Part shown: piece by piece, positions 56,356 through 64,000 of the stretch
How positions within the stretch are numbered: the first letter of the stretch is position 1
How the letters are laid out: every line of letters starts with the position of its first letter
Origin: Jatrophihabitantaceae bacterium
GTDB lineage: Bacteria; Actinomycetota; Actinomycetes; Mycobacteriales; Jatrophihabitantaceae
Assembly: GCA_045807085.1 (NCBI GenBank)
Contig: JBJMIB010000037.1
Span: 39,546-103,545 of the forward strand
Length of the DNA stretch: 64,000 nucleotides
Reading direction: 5' to 3'
Program-made: the position numbers and the translations under genes
The notes under the pieces: model-generated
Told to the model about the DNA's origin: nothing
What the model saw: the letters and a program-made list of their open reading frames with translations, nothing else
Databases searched by the model: none

Positions 56356-56538
56356 TTACTCGTCCTCGTCGTCGGCACGCGCCAGCCAGGTGGCCAACCG
56401 CTCCACGGCCGTCTCGAACTCCGGATTCGCGTCGACGAAGGTCTGCAGCCGCTCGGCGAGCCAGGCCAGGCTGACCTGCTCGTCCCCGCGCCGCTGCTCC
56501 AGCTCCTCGATACCCCTATCGGTAAAATACATTCTCAA
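56356..56538 (-). CDS. DUF6104 family protein
   Basis: MYFTDRGIEEL..RRG.E.V...WLAERL..FVD.NPEFET.VERLATWLAR. Confidence 0.85.
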   Translation of the reverse strand: MRMYFTDRGIEELEQRRGDEQVSLAWLAERLQTFVDANPEFETAVERLATWLARADDEDE

Positions 56539-57590
56539 GCCCTCCCCGCCGACGTGGCGGTCTCGCCGGGATAGCGCACCCCGAGCTCGGCCCGGGCGGC
56601 GTCCAGCAGGTTCATGATGGCGATGGTGTCGGCCGGCGGTACCAGCTCGCTGGTCAACCGGCCGGCTCGCAGGCAGCGCTCGACCTCCTCGATCTGCGGC
56701 CGGTAACCGGGCAGTTCCGGATCGAGCGGGTCGGCGAATCGCCGCTCACCCTCCGCGTTGTGCAGCACCAACCCGGTCGGCCGGTAGAACCGGCCCTCGG
56801 TCCGCAGCCAGCCCTCGGTGCCCAGGATCAGCCCGCGACAGGGGCCACCCACCGGCACCGAGCACCACAGCTGGGCATCCCGGCCGTCGGCATAGGACCA
56901 CTGCATCGCCACCGTCGCGTCGGCGCCGGTCGGCGCCAGCGAGCCGGTCACCGCCGTCCGATCGGGTTTGCCTAGGAACAGCCAGCCGAAAGTCACCGGA
57001 TAGACGCCAAGATCTAGCAGCGCGCCGCCGCCGTTGGCCAGCTCGTACAGCCGGTGCCCTGGGTCGAACGGCCGACCTAGTGCCAGCTCTGCCCGTACCG
57101 AACGAACCTCGCCGATCGCGCCGGCCGCGATCAACCGCTGAGCCTGCCGGATCAACGGATTGGTACGCATCCACATGGCTTCCATGGCGAACACACCGGC
57201 CGCCGTGGCTGCGTCGAACACCTCGCGGGTGGCCGCGGCGTTCAAGCACACCGGCTTCTCGATCAGCACCGGCTTGCCGGCGCCGACGGCCAGCAGCGCC
57301 TGCTCACGATGCATCGGATGGGTGGTCGCGATATAGACCACGTCCACGTCCGGGTCCTCGACCAGTTGCCGATAGTCGCCATAGGCCCGAGGCCGGCTGG
57401 CATAGCCGCGCGCCCGGACTCCGGTGGCCGAGTCGTGCCGGTCGGCGAACTCCGCAGCACGGGCCGAGGAGCGCGCGGCCACCGCGGCCAGCACGTTGCC
57501 CGGCGTGCTGGCCAGATCGCGTGCCAGCTTGCCGGCGATGCCGCCCGCGCCGAGGAAACCCCATCGCACCGGCTGGTCTGCGCTGATCAC
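56535..57590 (-). CDS. Gfo/Idh/MocA family oxidoreductase
   Basis: WGFLGAGGIA, VVYIATTHPMH, VLIEKP, GGGALLDLGVYP. Confidence 0.92.
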   Translation of the reverse strand: MISADQPVRWGFLGAGGIAGKLARDLASTPGNVLAAVAARSSARAAEFADRHDSATGVRARGYASRPRAYGDYRQLVEDPDVDVVYIATTHPMHREQALLAVGAGKPVLIEKPVCLNAAATREVFDAATAAGVFAMEAMWMRTNPLIRQAQRLIAAGAIGEVRSVRAELALGRPFDPGHRLYELANGGGALLDLGVYPVTFGWLFLGKPDRTAVTGSLAPTGADATVAMQWSYADGRDAQLWCSVPVGGPCRGLILGTEGWLRTEGRFYRPTGLVLHNAEGERRFADPLDPELPGYRPQIEEVERCLRAGRLTSELVPPADTIAIMNLLDAARAELGVRYPGETATSAGRA

Positions 57591-57596
57591 CTGGGT

Positions 57597-60500
57597 TCAG
57601 CCGAGCGCGGTCGCGATCACCTCGCGCTGCTGCGCCTCGTGCACACTCACCGAGCCCACTGCCGGTGAGGCCGAGGCCTTGCGGGAGGCACGGTAGATCG
57701 GCCGGCTGTCCCCGGCGGCGGCCAGCCGCTCCGGCAGGTTCAGTGCGATGAACGGATAGCCGCCCTGGTTCGCCGGCTCCTCCTGCGCCCAGACCAGCTG
57801 GGCGTCCGGGTACCGGGCCAGTTCCGCCGCGATCTCCTCGCCGTGCAGCGGGTACAGCTGCTCGAGCCGGACGATGGCCACGTCGGTGCGCCGCGCCTCC
57901 GCCCGGGCGGCGGCCAGGTCGTAGTACAGCTTGCCGCTGCACAGCACCACCCGGCGGACGCCGGCCGGATCCACCGTGTCGTCGCCGATCACCGGACGGA
58001 AGTGCCCCTCGGTGAACTCCGGCAGCTGGCTGACCGCCGATTTCAACCGCAGTAGCGACTTCGGGGTGAACGCGATCAGCGGCCGGTGCAGGCCGGCGAG
58101 GGCCTGCCGGCGCAGCAGGTGGAAGTAGTTCGCCGGCCTCGAGCAGATGGCCACCGTCATGTTGTTCTCGGCGGCCAGTTGCAGGAAACGCTCCGGCCGG
58201 CCGGAGGAGTGGTCGGGGCCCTGGCCCTCGTAGCCGTGCGGCAGCAGCAGGGTCACCGAGGAGCGCTGGCCCCACTTGGCCTCGCCGGAGGCGATGAACT
58301 CGTCGATGATGGTCTGCGCCCCGTCGGCGAAGTCGCCGAACTGCGCCTCCCACAGCACCAGGGCGTCCTTGTTCGCCACCGAGTAGCCGTACTCGAAGCC
58401 CATCGCCGCGTACTCCGACAGGAGCGAGTCGTAGGCCCGGAACGGTGCCTTGGCGTTGGGGATGTGTCGCAGCGGGGTGTACTCCTCGCCGGTGTTCCGG
58501 TCGATCAGCACCGCGTGCCGCTGGGTGAAGGTGCCGCGCCGGGAGTCCTGGCCGGCCAGCCGAACCGCCTTGCCGTCGACCGTGAGCGAGCCGAGGGCCA
58601 GCAGCTCGGCGGTGGCCCAGTCGACGTCGCCGCCGGTGGTCTGGGCCACCCGGCGATCGATCTGCGGCTTGAGCCGCGGATGCACGGCGAAGCCGGCCGG
58701 GTGGTTGGCGTAGAGCTCGCCGATGTTCTTGATCAGCTCGGCCGAGATCGCCGTCGAGATCACCGGCTCGTCCTCGTCCTCGTTCATCGGCGGCACCCGC
58801 CGCGGCGTGGAGGAGGCGTCCCGGGTCTCCACGAACACCTTCTCCAGCTGGGACCGGAAGTCGCGCAGCGCCTCCTCGGCATCGTCCAGGGTGATGTCGC
58901 CGCGACCGATCAGCGCCTCGGTGTAGAGCTTCCGCACGCTGCGCTTGTTGTCGATGATGTCGTACATCAGCGGCTGGGTGAACGAGGGGTTGTCGCTCTC
59001 GTTGTGCCCACGCCGCCGGTAGCACACCATGTCGATGACGACGTCCTTCTTGAACTGCATCCGGTACAGCACGGCCAGCTTGGCCACCCGGACGCAGGCC
59101 TCCGGGTCGTCGCCGTTGACGTGGAAGATCGGCGCCGCGATCATCCGGGCGATGTCGGTGCAGTAGAGGCTGGATCGGGACTGGGCGGGCGAGGTGGTGA
59201 AACCGACCTGGTTGTTCACCACCACGTGCACCGTGCCGCCGGTGCGATAACCACGCAGCTGGGACAGGTTCAGCGTCTCGGCCACCACTCCCTGGCCGGC
59301 GAAGGCGGCATCGCCGTGCATCAGCACCGGCAACACCGTGAAGCCTTCCTCGCCCTTGTCCAGGATGTCCTGCTTGGCGCGGACGATGCCTTCCAGCACC
59401 GGGTTCACCGCCTCCAGGTGGGACGGGTTCGCGGTGAGCTCGACCGCGATCTTGGCACCGTTCTCCGCGACGTAGGCGCCGTGCGCGCCGAGGTGGTACT
59501 TCACGTCCCCGGAGCCCTGCGCGGTGCCCGGGTCGATGTTGCCCTCGAACTCGTTGAAGATCTTCGAGTACGGCTTGCCGACGATGTTGGCCAGCACGTT
59601 CAGCCGGCCGCGGTGCGGCATGCCGATGACCACCTCGTCCAGTTGGTTGGCAGCGGCCGTGGACAGCACCGTGTCGAGCAGTGCGATCACCGTCTCGCTG
59701 CCTTCCAGGGAGAACCGTTTCTGCCCGACGTACTTGGTCTGCAGGAAAGTCTCGAACGCCTCGGCGACGTTCAACTTGGACAGGATGTGCTTCTGCTCCT
59801 CCTTGGTCGGAGCGTCGTTCTTGACCTCGATGTGCTGCTGGATCCAGGCCCGTTCCTCCGGATCGATGATGTGCATGTACTCCACGCCGACCCGGCGGCA
59901 GTAGGCGTCGCGCAGCACGCCGAGGATGTCGCGCAGCTTCATCAGCTTCTGGCCGGCGAAGCCGCCGACCGGGAACTCCCGGTCCAGGTCCCAGATGGTC
60001 AGCCCGTGCTTGGTGATGTCCAGATCCGGGTGGCTGCGGATCTTGAACTCCAGCGGGTCGGTGTCGGCCATCAGGTGCCCGGAGGTGCGATAGGCGTTGA
60101 TCAGCTCGATCACCCGAGCGGCCTTGTCGATCTGGCCCTCGTGGCTGAACTCCCGGTCGGTCAGCCAGATCGCCGGCTCGTACGGGATCCGCAGCGAGGC
60201 GAAGATGTCGTAGTAGAAGTTGTCCTCGCCGAGCAGCAGCCGATGCACCGTGCGCAGGAACTCCCCGCTCTGCGCGCCCTGGATGATCCGGTGGTCATAG
60301 GTGGAGGTCAGCGTCATGATCTTGGAGATGCCCATGTCGGCCAACGCATCCGGGTGCATGCCGCTGAACTCGGCCGGGTACTCCATCGAGCCGACGCCGA
60401 CGATGGCGCCCTGGCCCTGCATCAGCCGCGGCACCGAGTGGTTGGTGCCGATGGTGCCCGGATTGGTCAGGCTGATGGTCGAGCCGGCGAAGTCGTCGGC

Positions 60501-61370
60501 GGTCAGCTTGCCCGCCCGGGCACGCCGGATGATGTCCTCGTAGGCGACCCAGAACGCGCCGAAGTCCATCGTCTCGGCGGCCTTGATGGCGGCCACCACC
60601 AGGGCCCGGCCGCCGTCCTTGCCGGGCAGGTCGATCGCTAGGCCGAAGTTGACGTGCTCCGGCTTGACCACGGCCGGCTTGCCCTCGGCGGTCATCGCGA
60701 AGGAGTGGTTCATCTCCGGGTGCTCGCGCAGCGCCCGGATCACCGCGTAGCCGATCAGGTGGGTGAAGCTGACCTTGCCGCCGCGGGCCCGGCGCAGATG
60801 GTTGTTGATGATGATCCGGTTGTCGGCCAGCAGCTTGGCCGGCACCGCGCGCACGCTGGTGGCGGTGGGGATCTCCAGCGAAGCCTGCATGTTGCTGACC
60901 ACCCGGGCCGGCGCCCCGCGCAACACCGCGGCGTTGGCACCGGCTACCGGCGCCACCGCCGGCTCGGTCCAGGACGGCGCCGGCCGGCTGGCCGGTGTGC
61001 TGTCGGACTGGGCCGGGGTGCCGGTCGCGGTGGCTGAGGCGTCGGTGGTGGCGGCCGGCGGCGTGGCGTCCGCGGCGGACCGGCCGGCATCGCCGGCGGC
61101 GACCTCGACGGAGGCGTGCCTGCCGGAGTCCTCGGCCGGCCTGGCGTGCCCGTTGCTGGCGGCCGGGTCGAGCCGCGGCGAGGCGCCGGCCGGCGGGTTG
61201 GCCGGGCGGTAGTCGGCGAAGAACTCGTGCCAGGCGGCGTCAACCGCGTTGGGATCGGCCAGATAGCGCTCGTACATCTCCTCGACGAGCCACTCGTTCG
61301 CCCCGAAATCGGTATGCGACGATGCCGGCTCGCTGCCGGTTTCCGACTGCGCGGTCACGTTGGTGTCCAC
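57597..61370 (-). CDS. kgd: Multifunctional 2-oxoglutarate decarboxylase/dehydrogenase (E2-like plus E1)
   Basis: [71 protein letters not shown]. Confidence 0.97.
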   Translation of the reverse strand: MDTNVTAQSETGSEPASSHTDFGANEWLVEEMYERYLADPNAVDAAWHEFFADYRPANPPAGASPRLDPAASNGHARPAEDSGRHASVEVAAGDAGRSAADATPPAATTDASATATGTPAQSDSTPASRPAPSWTEPAVAPVAGANAAVLRGAPARVVSNMQASLEIPTATSVRAVPAKLLADNRIIINNHLRRARGGKVSFTHLIGYAVIRALREHPEMNHSFAMTAEGKPAVVKPEHVNFGLAIDLPGKDGGRALVVAAIKAAETMDFGAFWVAYEDIIRRARAGKLTADDFAGSTISLTNPGTIGTNHSVPRLMQGQGAIVGVGSMEYPAEFSGMHPDALADMGISKIMTLTSTYDHRIIQGAQSGEFLRTVHRLLLGEDNFYYDIFASLRIPYEPAIWLTDREFSHEGQIDKAARVIELINAYRTSGHLMADTDPLEFKIRSHPDLDITKHGLTIWDLDREFPVGGFAGQKLMKLRDILGVLRDAYCRRVGVEYMHIIDPEERAWIQQHIEVKNDAPTKEEQKHILSKLNVAEAFETFLQTKYVGQKRFSLEGSETVIALLDTVLSTAAANQLDEVVIGMPHRGRLNVLANIVGKPYSKIFNEFEGNIDPGTAQGSGDVKYHLGAHGAYVAENGAKIAVELTANPSHLEAVNPVLEGIVRAKQDILDKGEEGFTVLPVLMHGDAAFAGQGVVAETLNLSQLRGYRTGGTVHVVVNNQVGFTTSPAQSRSSLYCTDIARMIAAPIFHVNGDDPEACVRVAKLAVLYRMQFKKDVVIDMVCYRRRGHNESDNPSFTQPLMYDIIDNKRSVRKLYTEALIGRGDITLDDAEEALRDFRSQLEKVFVETRDASSTPRRVPPMNEDEDEPVISTAISAELIKNIGELYANHPAGFAVHPRLKPQIDRRVAQTTGGDVDWATAELLALGSLTVDGKAVRLAGQDSRRGTFTQRHAVLIDRNTGEEYTPLRHIPNAKAPFRAYDSLLSEYAAMGFEYGYSVANKDALVLWEAQFGDFADGAQTIIDEFIASGEAKWGQRSSVTLLLPHGYEGQGPDHSSGRPERFLQLAAENNMTVAICSRPANYFHLLRRQALAGLHRPLIAFTPKSLLRLKSAVSQLPEFTEGHFRPVIGDDTVDPAGVRRVVLCSGKLYYDLAAARAEARRTDVAIVRLEQLYPLHGEEIAAELARYPDAQLVWAQEEPANQGGYPFIALNLPERLAAAGDSRPIYRASRKASASPAVGSVSVHEAQQREVIATALG

Positions 61371-61553
61371 CTTCTTCGCGAGTACCTAACGCGTATGGGC
61401 GCGCCGCGAAGGCGATGTCTGCGCACTGCCGACCGGGCAACTGACCCAAAGGACAAGCCTACGCGCGATCGGCGGCCGGTCGCAGCGCAAGTCGGCGCTA
61501 CCGTCGACGGCGTCGCGGTGCGTTTGCTCACAAAACTGCCGGGCCGGCTGAGA

Positions 61554-62315
61554 TCAGGTGATGTCACGATTGAGGCTGAGGTAACCGCCGGCCAGCAGCA
61601 GGATCAGGCACCACATCAGCAGGAGCACACCGCCGGCCCCAGGTGAGACGTGGGCTACGTCGCTGGGGAGCCCGTAGTTGTTCCGGTCCCGCGAGGTGAA
61701 CGCGTTGAACGCGCCAGCCGGTTCGAAGAGGTAGACCCGGCGCAGGCCGGGGATGCCGGCGAAGAAGATGTTGAGCACGCTCAGGTACAGGATGCCGACG
61801 ACCATGCCGGCGGCCTGGTTACGGATCAGCGCGCCCAGGCCGAGGCCGAAGAAGGCCAGCAGGATCAGGGCGACGAAGTTGCGGACCATGCCGCCGACCG
61901 CGCCGTCGGTGAAGTGGACCGGCAGGCCCTTGGCGTTGAGGCAGATCAACGCGGTGATCAGGTTGACGAGCAGGCAGACGATTCCGTACGGGATCGCGAA
62001 GACGACGTAGGCCAGCGCCTTGCCGATCAGCAACTGCCACCGGTTCGGGGTGGCCAGCAGGGTCGGGGTGATCGTCTTGTGCCGGAACTCGGTGGTCAGA
62101 CCGAGCAGGCCCAGCACGACCAGCGCGACGCCGGCGACACCGAAGTTGGTCCAGATGCTGAAGTAATTGATCTCACTCACCGGTGTTGCGCTGTCGATCG
62201 TGAGCACCGAGCCCAGGGTCGCGGCCACCGTGATCGCGACCACCAGCACCATCATCCAGAACCAGACCTGGGTGCTCCGGATCTTGAGCACCTCGGACTT
62301 GATCAGGTTCACCAT
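61554..62315 (-). CDS. ABC-2 type transporter permease
   Basis: IKSEVLKIRS, TTEFRHKTITPTLLATPNR, six TM helices. Confidence 0.88.
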   Translation of the reverse strand: MVNLIKSEVLKIRSTQVWFWMMVLVVAITVAATLGSVLTIDSATPVSEINYFSIWTNFGVAGVALVVLGLLGLTTEFRHKTITPTLLATPNRWQLLIGKALAYVVFAIPYGIVCLLVNLITALICLNAKGLPVHFTDGAVGGMVRNFVALILLAFFGLGLGALIRNQAAGMVVGILYLSVLNIFFAGIPGLRRVYLFEPAGAFNAFTSRDRNNYGLPSDVAHVSPGAGGVLLLMWCLILLLAGGYLSLNRDIT

Positions 62316-63346
62316 CAGCTGGTGCCCGCCCGGTAGCTCGGGCCCTGTTGCGGCGGTGGCATCTGTGGTGCCGGGCCGTGGTCGAAGCTGGCCCCCTGAT
62401 AGGCGCCCTCGGTAAGGGTGAAGAACAGCCGCTCCAAGTCGAATTCCTCCAGGCGCAGTTCGTGCAGCTCCACGTTGTGGGCGAAGGCCAGATGGCCGAT
62501 CTGGGGCAGATTGTCGGTGCGTACCCGCAGCGAGCCGTCCGGCTCGGTGCTGCCGGACAGCCCGTTGTCGATCAGCGCCTGCTGCAACCCTTGCAGGTTC
62601 GGCCCGCGCACTATCGCGGTGGTAGTGCCGGCCGACAGCTCAGCCAGCGTGCCGGCCTGGACCAGCCGGCCGCGGTTGAGGATGACGGCCCGGTCGGCCA
62701 CCTCCTGCACCTCAGCCAGTTGATGGCTGGACACCAGCACGGTGCGTCCCTCGGCGGCCAGGTGGCGGAAGAAGCCACGCAGCCACCGGATGCCTTCCGG
62801 GTCCAGGCCGTTGGCGGGCTCGTCCAGGATCAGCACCCTCGGATCCCCGAGCAGGGTGGCGGCCAGGCCCAGCCGCTGCCGCATACCCATCGAGTAGCCC
62901 TTGGTCTTCTTCTTGCCATCGCCGGCCAGGCCGACGAGCGCGAGCACCTCGTCGGCCCGCCGGGCCGGTAGTCCGGCCGCGGCCGCGTAGATCCGCAGGT
63001 GCTGCAAGCCGGTGTGCGCCGGGTGGAAGCTGGACGCCTCCAGCGCCGCGCCGACGGTCTGCATCGGTGCCGGCAGTTCGGCATAGTGCCGGCCGTTGAT
63101 GGTGGCGGTGCCCGAGGTGGGCGCAACCAGGCCGAGCAACATCCGCAGCGTGGTGGTCTTGCCGGCCCCGTTCGGCCCGAGGAAGCCGGTCACCGAACCC
63201 GGCTCGACGGTGAAGCTCAGGTCGTCCACCGCCCGCTGGGTGCCGAACACCTTGGTCAGGTGGTCGACCACGATCCGGCCGTTCGGCTCGGGCTGGACGG
63301 GTTGGGTCTCGGCCGTCGCGGGACCTGGTTGTCCGGGCGAGGTCAT
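62315..63346 (-). CDS. ABC transporter ATP-binding protein
   Basis: GPNGAGKTT, YSMGMRQR, ILDEPANGLDP, VSSH. Confidence 0.93.
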   Translation of the reverse strand: MTSPGQPGPATAETQPVQPEPNGRIVVDHLTKVFGTQRAVDDLSFTVEPGSVTGFLGPNGAGKTTTLRMLLGLVAPTSGTATINGRHYAELPAPMQTVGAALEASSFHPAHTGLQHLRIYAAAAGLPARRADEVLALVGLAGDGKKKTKGYSMGMRQRLGLAATLLGDPRVLILDEPANGLDPEGIRWLRGFFRHLAAEGRTVLVSSHQLAEVQEVADRAVILNRGRLVQAGTLAELSAGTTTAIVRGPNLQGLQQALIDNGLSGSTEPDGSLRVRTDNLPQIGHLAFAHNVELHELRLEEFDLERLFFTLTEGAYQGASFDHGPAPQMPPPQQGPSYRAGTS

Positions 63347-63510
63347 GGGTTCATCCAAACAGACCCGCAACGAGCAGGGACGCCCGACACGGCGAACGGC
63401 CACCGGGTGGGCTCAGCGAACTGTCAGGTCAGTCGCTGTCCCAGCTGGCTTTCCACTGGCCGGCTCGGCCCTCCGCCGGCCAAGTCGGCCGAGGTCTCGA
63501 GTCGGCCGGA

Positions 63511-64000
63511 CTAGGCAGCCAGTTCGGCGAGCAACCCGGCCAGCTCCGCCGGTCCGGCCAGCGCGATGTCGGTCGCCGCCGCCAGCTCGGCGACCGCGCC
63601 GACCGCGACGGTCAGCGCCGGCCGACCGGTCCGCTCAGCCCAGTGCCGCACGGCCCGCACCGCCGGCAGGTCGCCCAGATCGTCGCCGGCGAACAGGGTG
63701 GCGGTCGGCTGCTCGGCCAGTAGCGACTCCAGCGCGGTGGCCTTGGACAGGTCCGGGATCCGGATCTCGATCACCTGCTTGCCCGGATGTGCCTGCAGCC
63801 CGTGCTCAGCCGCCAGCCGCGGCACGAACTGGTTCAGCTCGGCCAGCGCCCGTTCCGGCTGCTCAGCTCGCCGGGTGTGCACCACCAGCGACAGCCGCTT
63901 GTCCTCCAGCCAGACGCCCGGTGGCAACAGCGGCGGCAGCACGCCGCGCAGCTCGGCCAACCCCGCCGGCTCGTCCCGGGTGCGCAGCCGGCCGTCCCGC
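63511..64000 (-). CDS. otsB: Trehalose-6-phosphate phosphatase (5'-truncated by the window edge)
   Basis: WLEDKRLSLVVHTR, PGKQVIEIR, SKATAL, FAGDDLGD. Confidence 0.85.
   Translation of the reverse strand, partial: RDGRLRTRDEPAGLAELRGVLPPLLPPGVWLEDKRLSLVVHTRRAEQPERALAELNQFVPRLAAEHGLQAHPGKQVIEIRIPDLSKATALESLLAEQPTATLFAGDDLGDLPAVRAVRHWAERTGRPALTVAVGAVAELAAATDIALAGPAELAGLLAELAA

Noticed and set aside
58086-60641. Long antisense ORFs (e.g. 851 aa opposite kgd, 540 aa opposite the Asp-box gene, 515 aa opposite the LAL regulator)
   Set aside because: Shadow ORFs expected from high-GC codon bias opposite well-supported genes.

Overview
High-GC actinobacterial chromosome segment. From about 15.5 kb to 61 kb the backbone follows the conserved actinomycete core order: hisN, rsgA, aroA, SRAP peptidase, sigR/rsrA, solute symporter, dasR-like GntR, pdtaS, whiB1, DAG-kinase-like gene, SigB/F-type sigma with anti-sigma, sodN/sodX, malic enzyme, kgd, otsB. 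The main accessory feature is an unannotated ~8.8-kb integrative element (43468-52299). It is inserted in the last 9 codons of sodN and flanked by a perfect 27-bp direct repeat. It has phage-satellite (PICI-like) architecture: tyrosine integrase, divergent regulator/AlpA-like switch with operator repeats, wHTH replication initiator with internal iterons, a symmetric cos/ori-like non-coding site, a second HTH protein, small coupled ORFs and a lipoprotein. Its only recognisable virion-type gene is one 646-aa tail hub/baseplate-like protein with an inserted LamG lectin domain; I see no capsid, portal, terminase, tape measure or lysin. This suggests a satellite that re-tips helper-phage tails, but a decayed prophage cannot be excluded. 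Other points of interest: a STAS-GHKL/STAS pair, DasR boxes ahead of a nagB-II/murQ operon, tandem duplications of gene ends, several unannotated small ORFs, and an SOS-boxed DUF222/HNH gene. All family assignments come from motif recognition by eye; no database searches were run.
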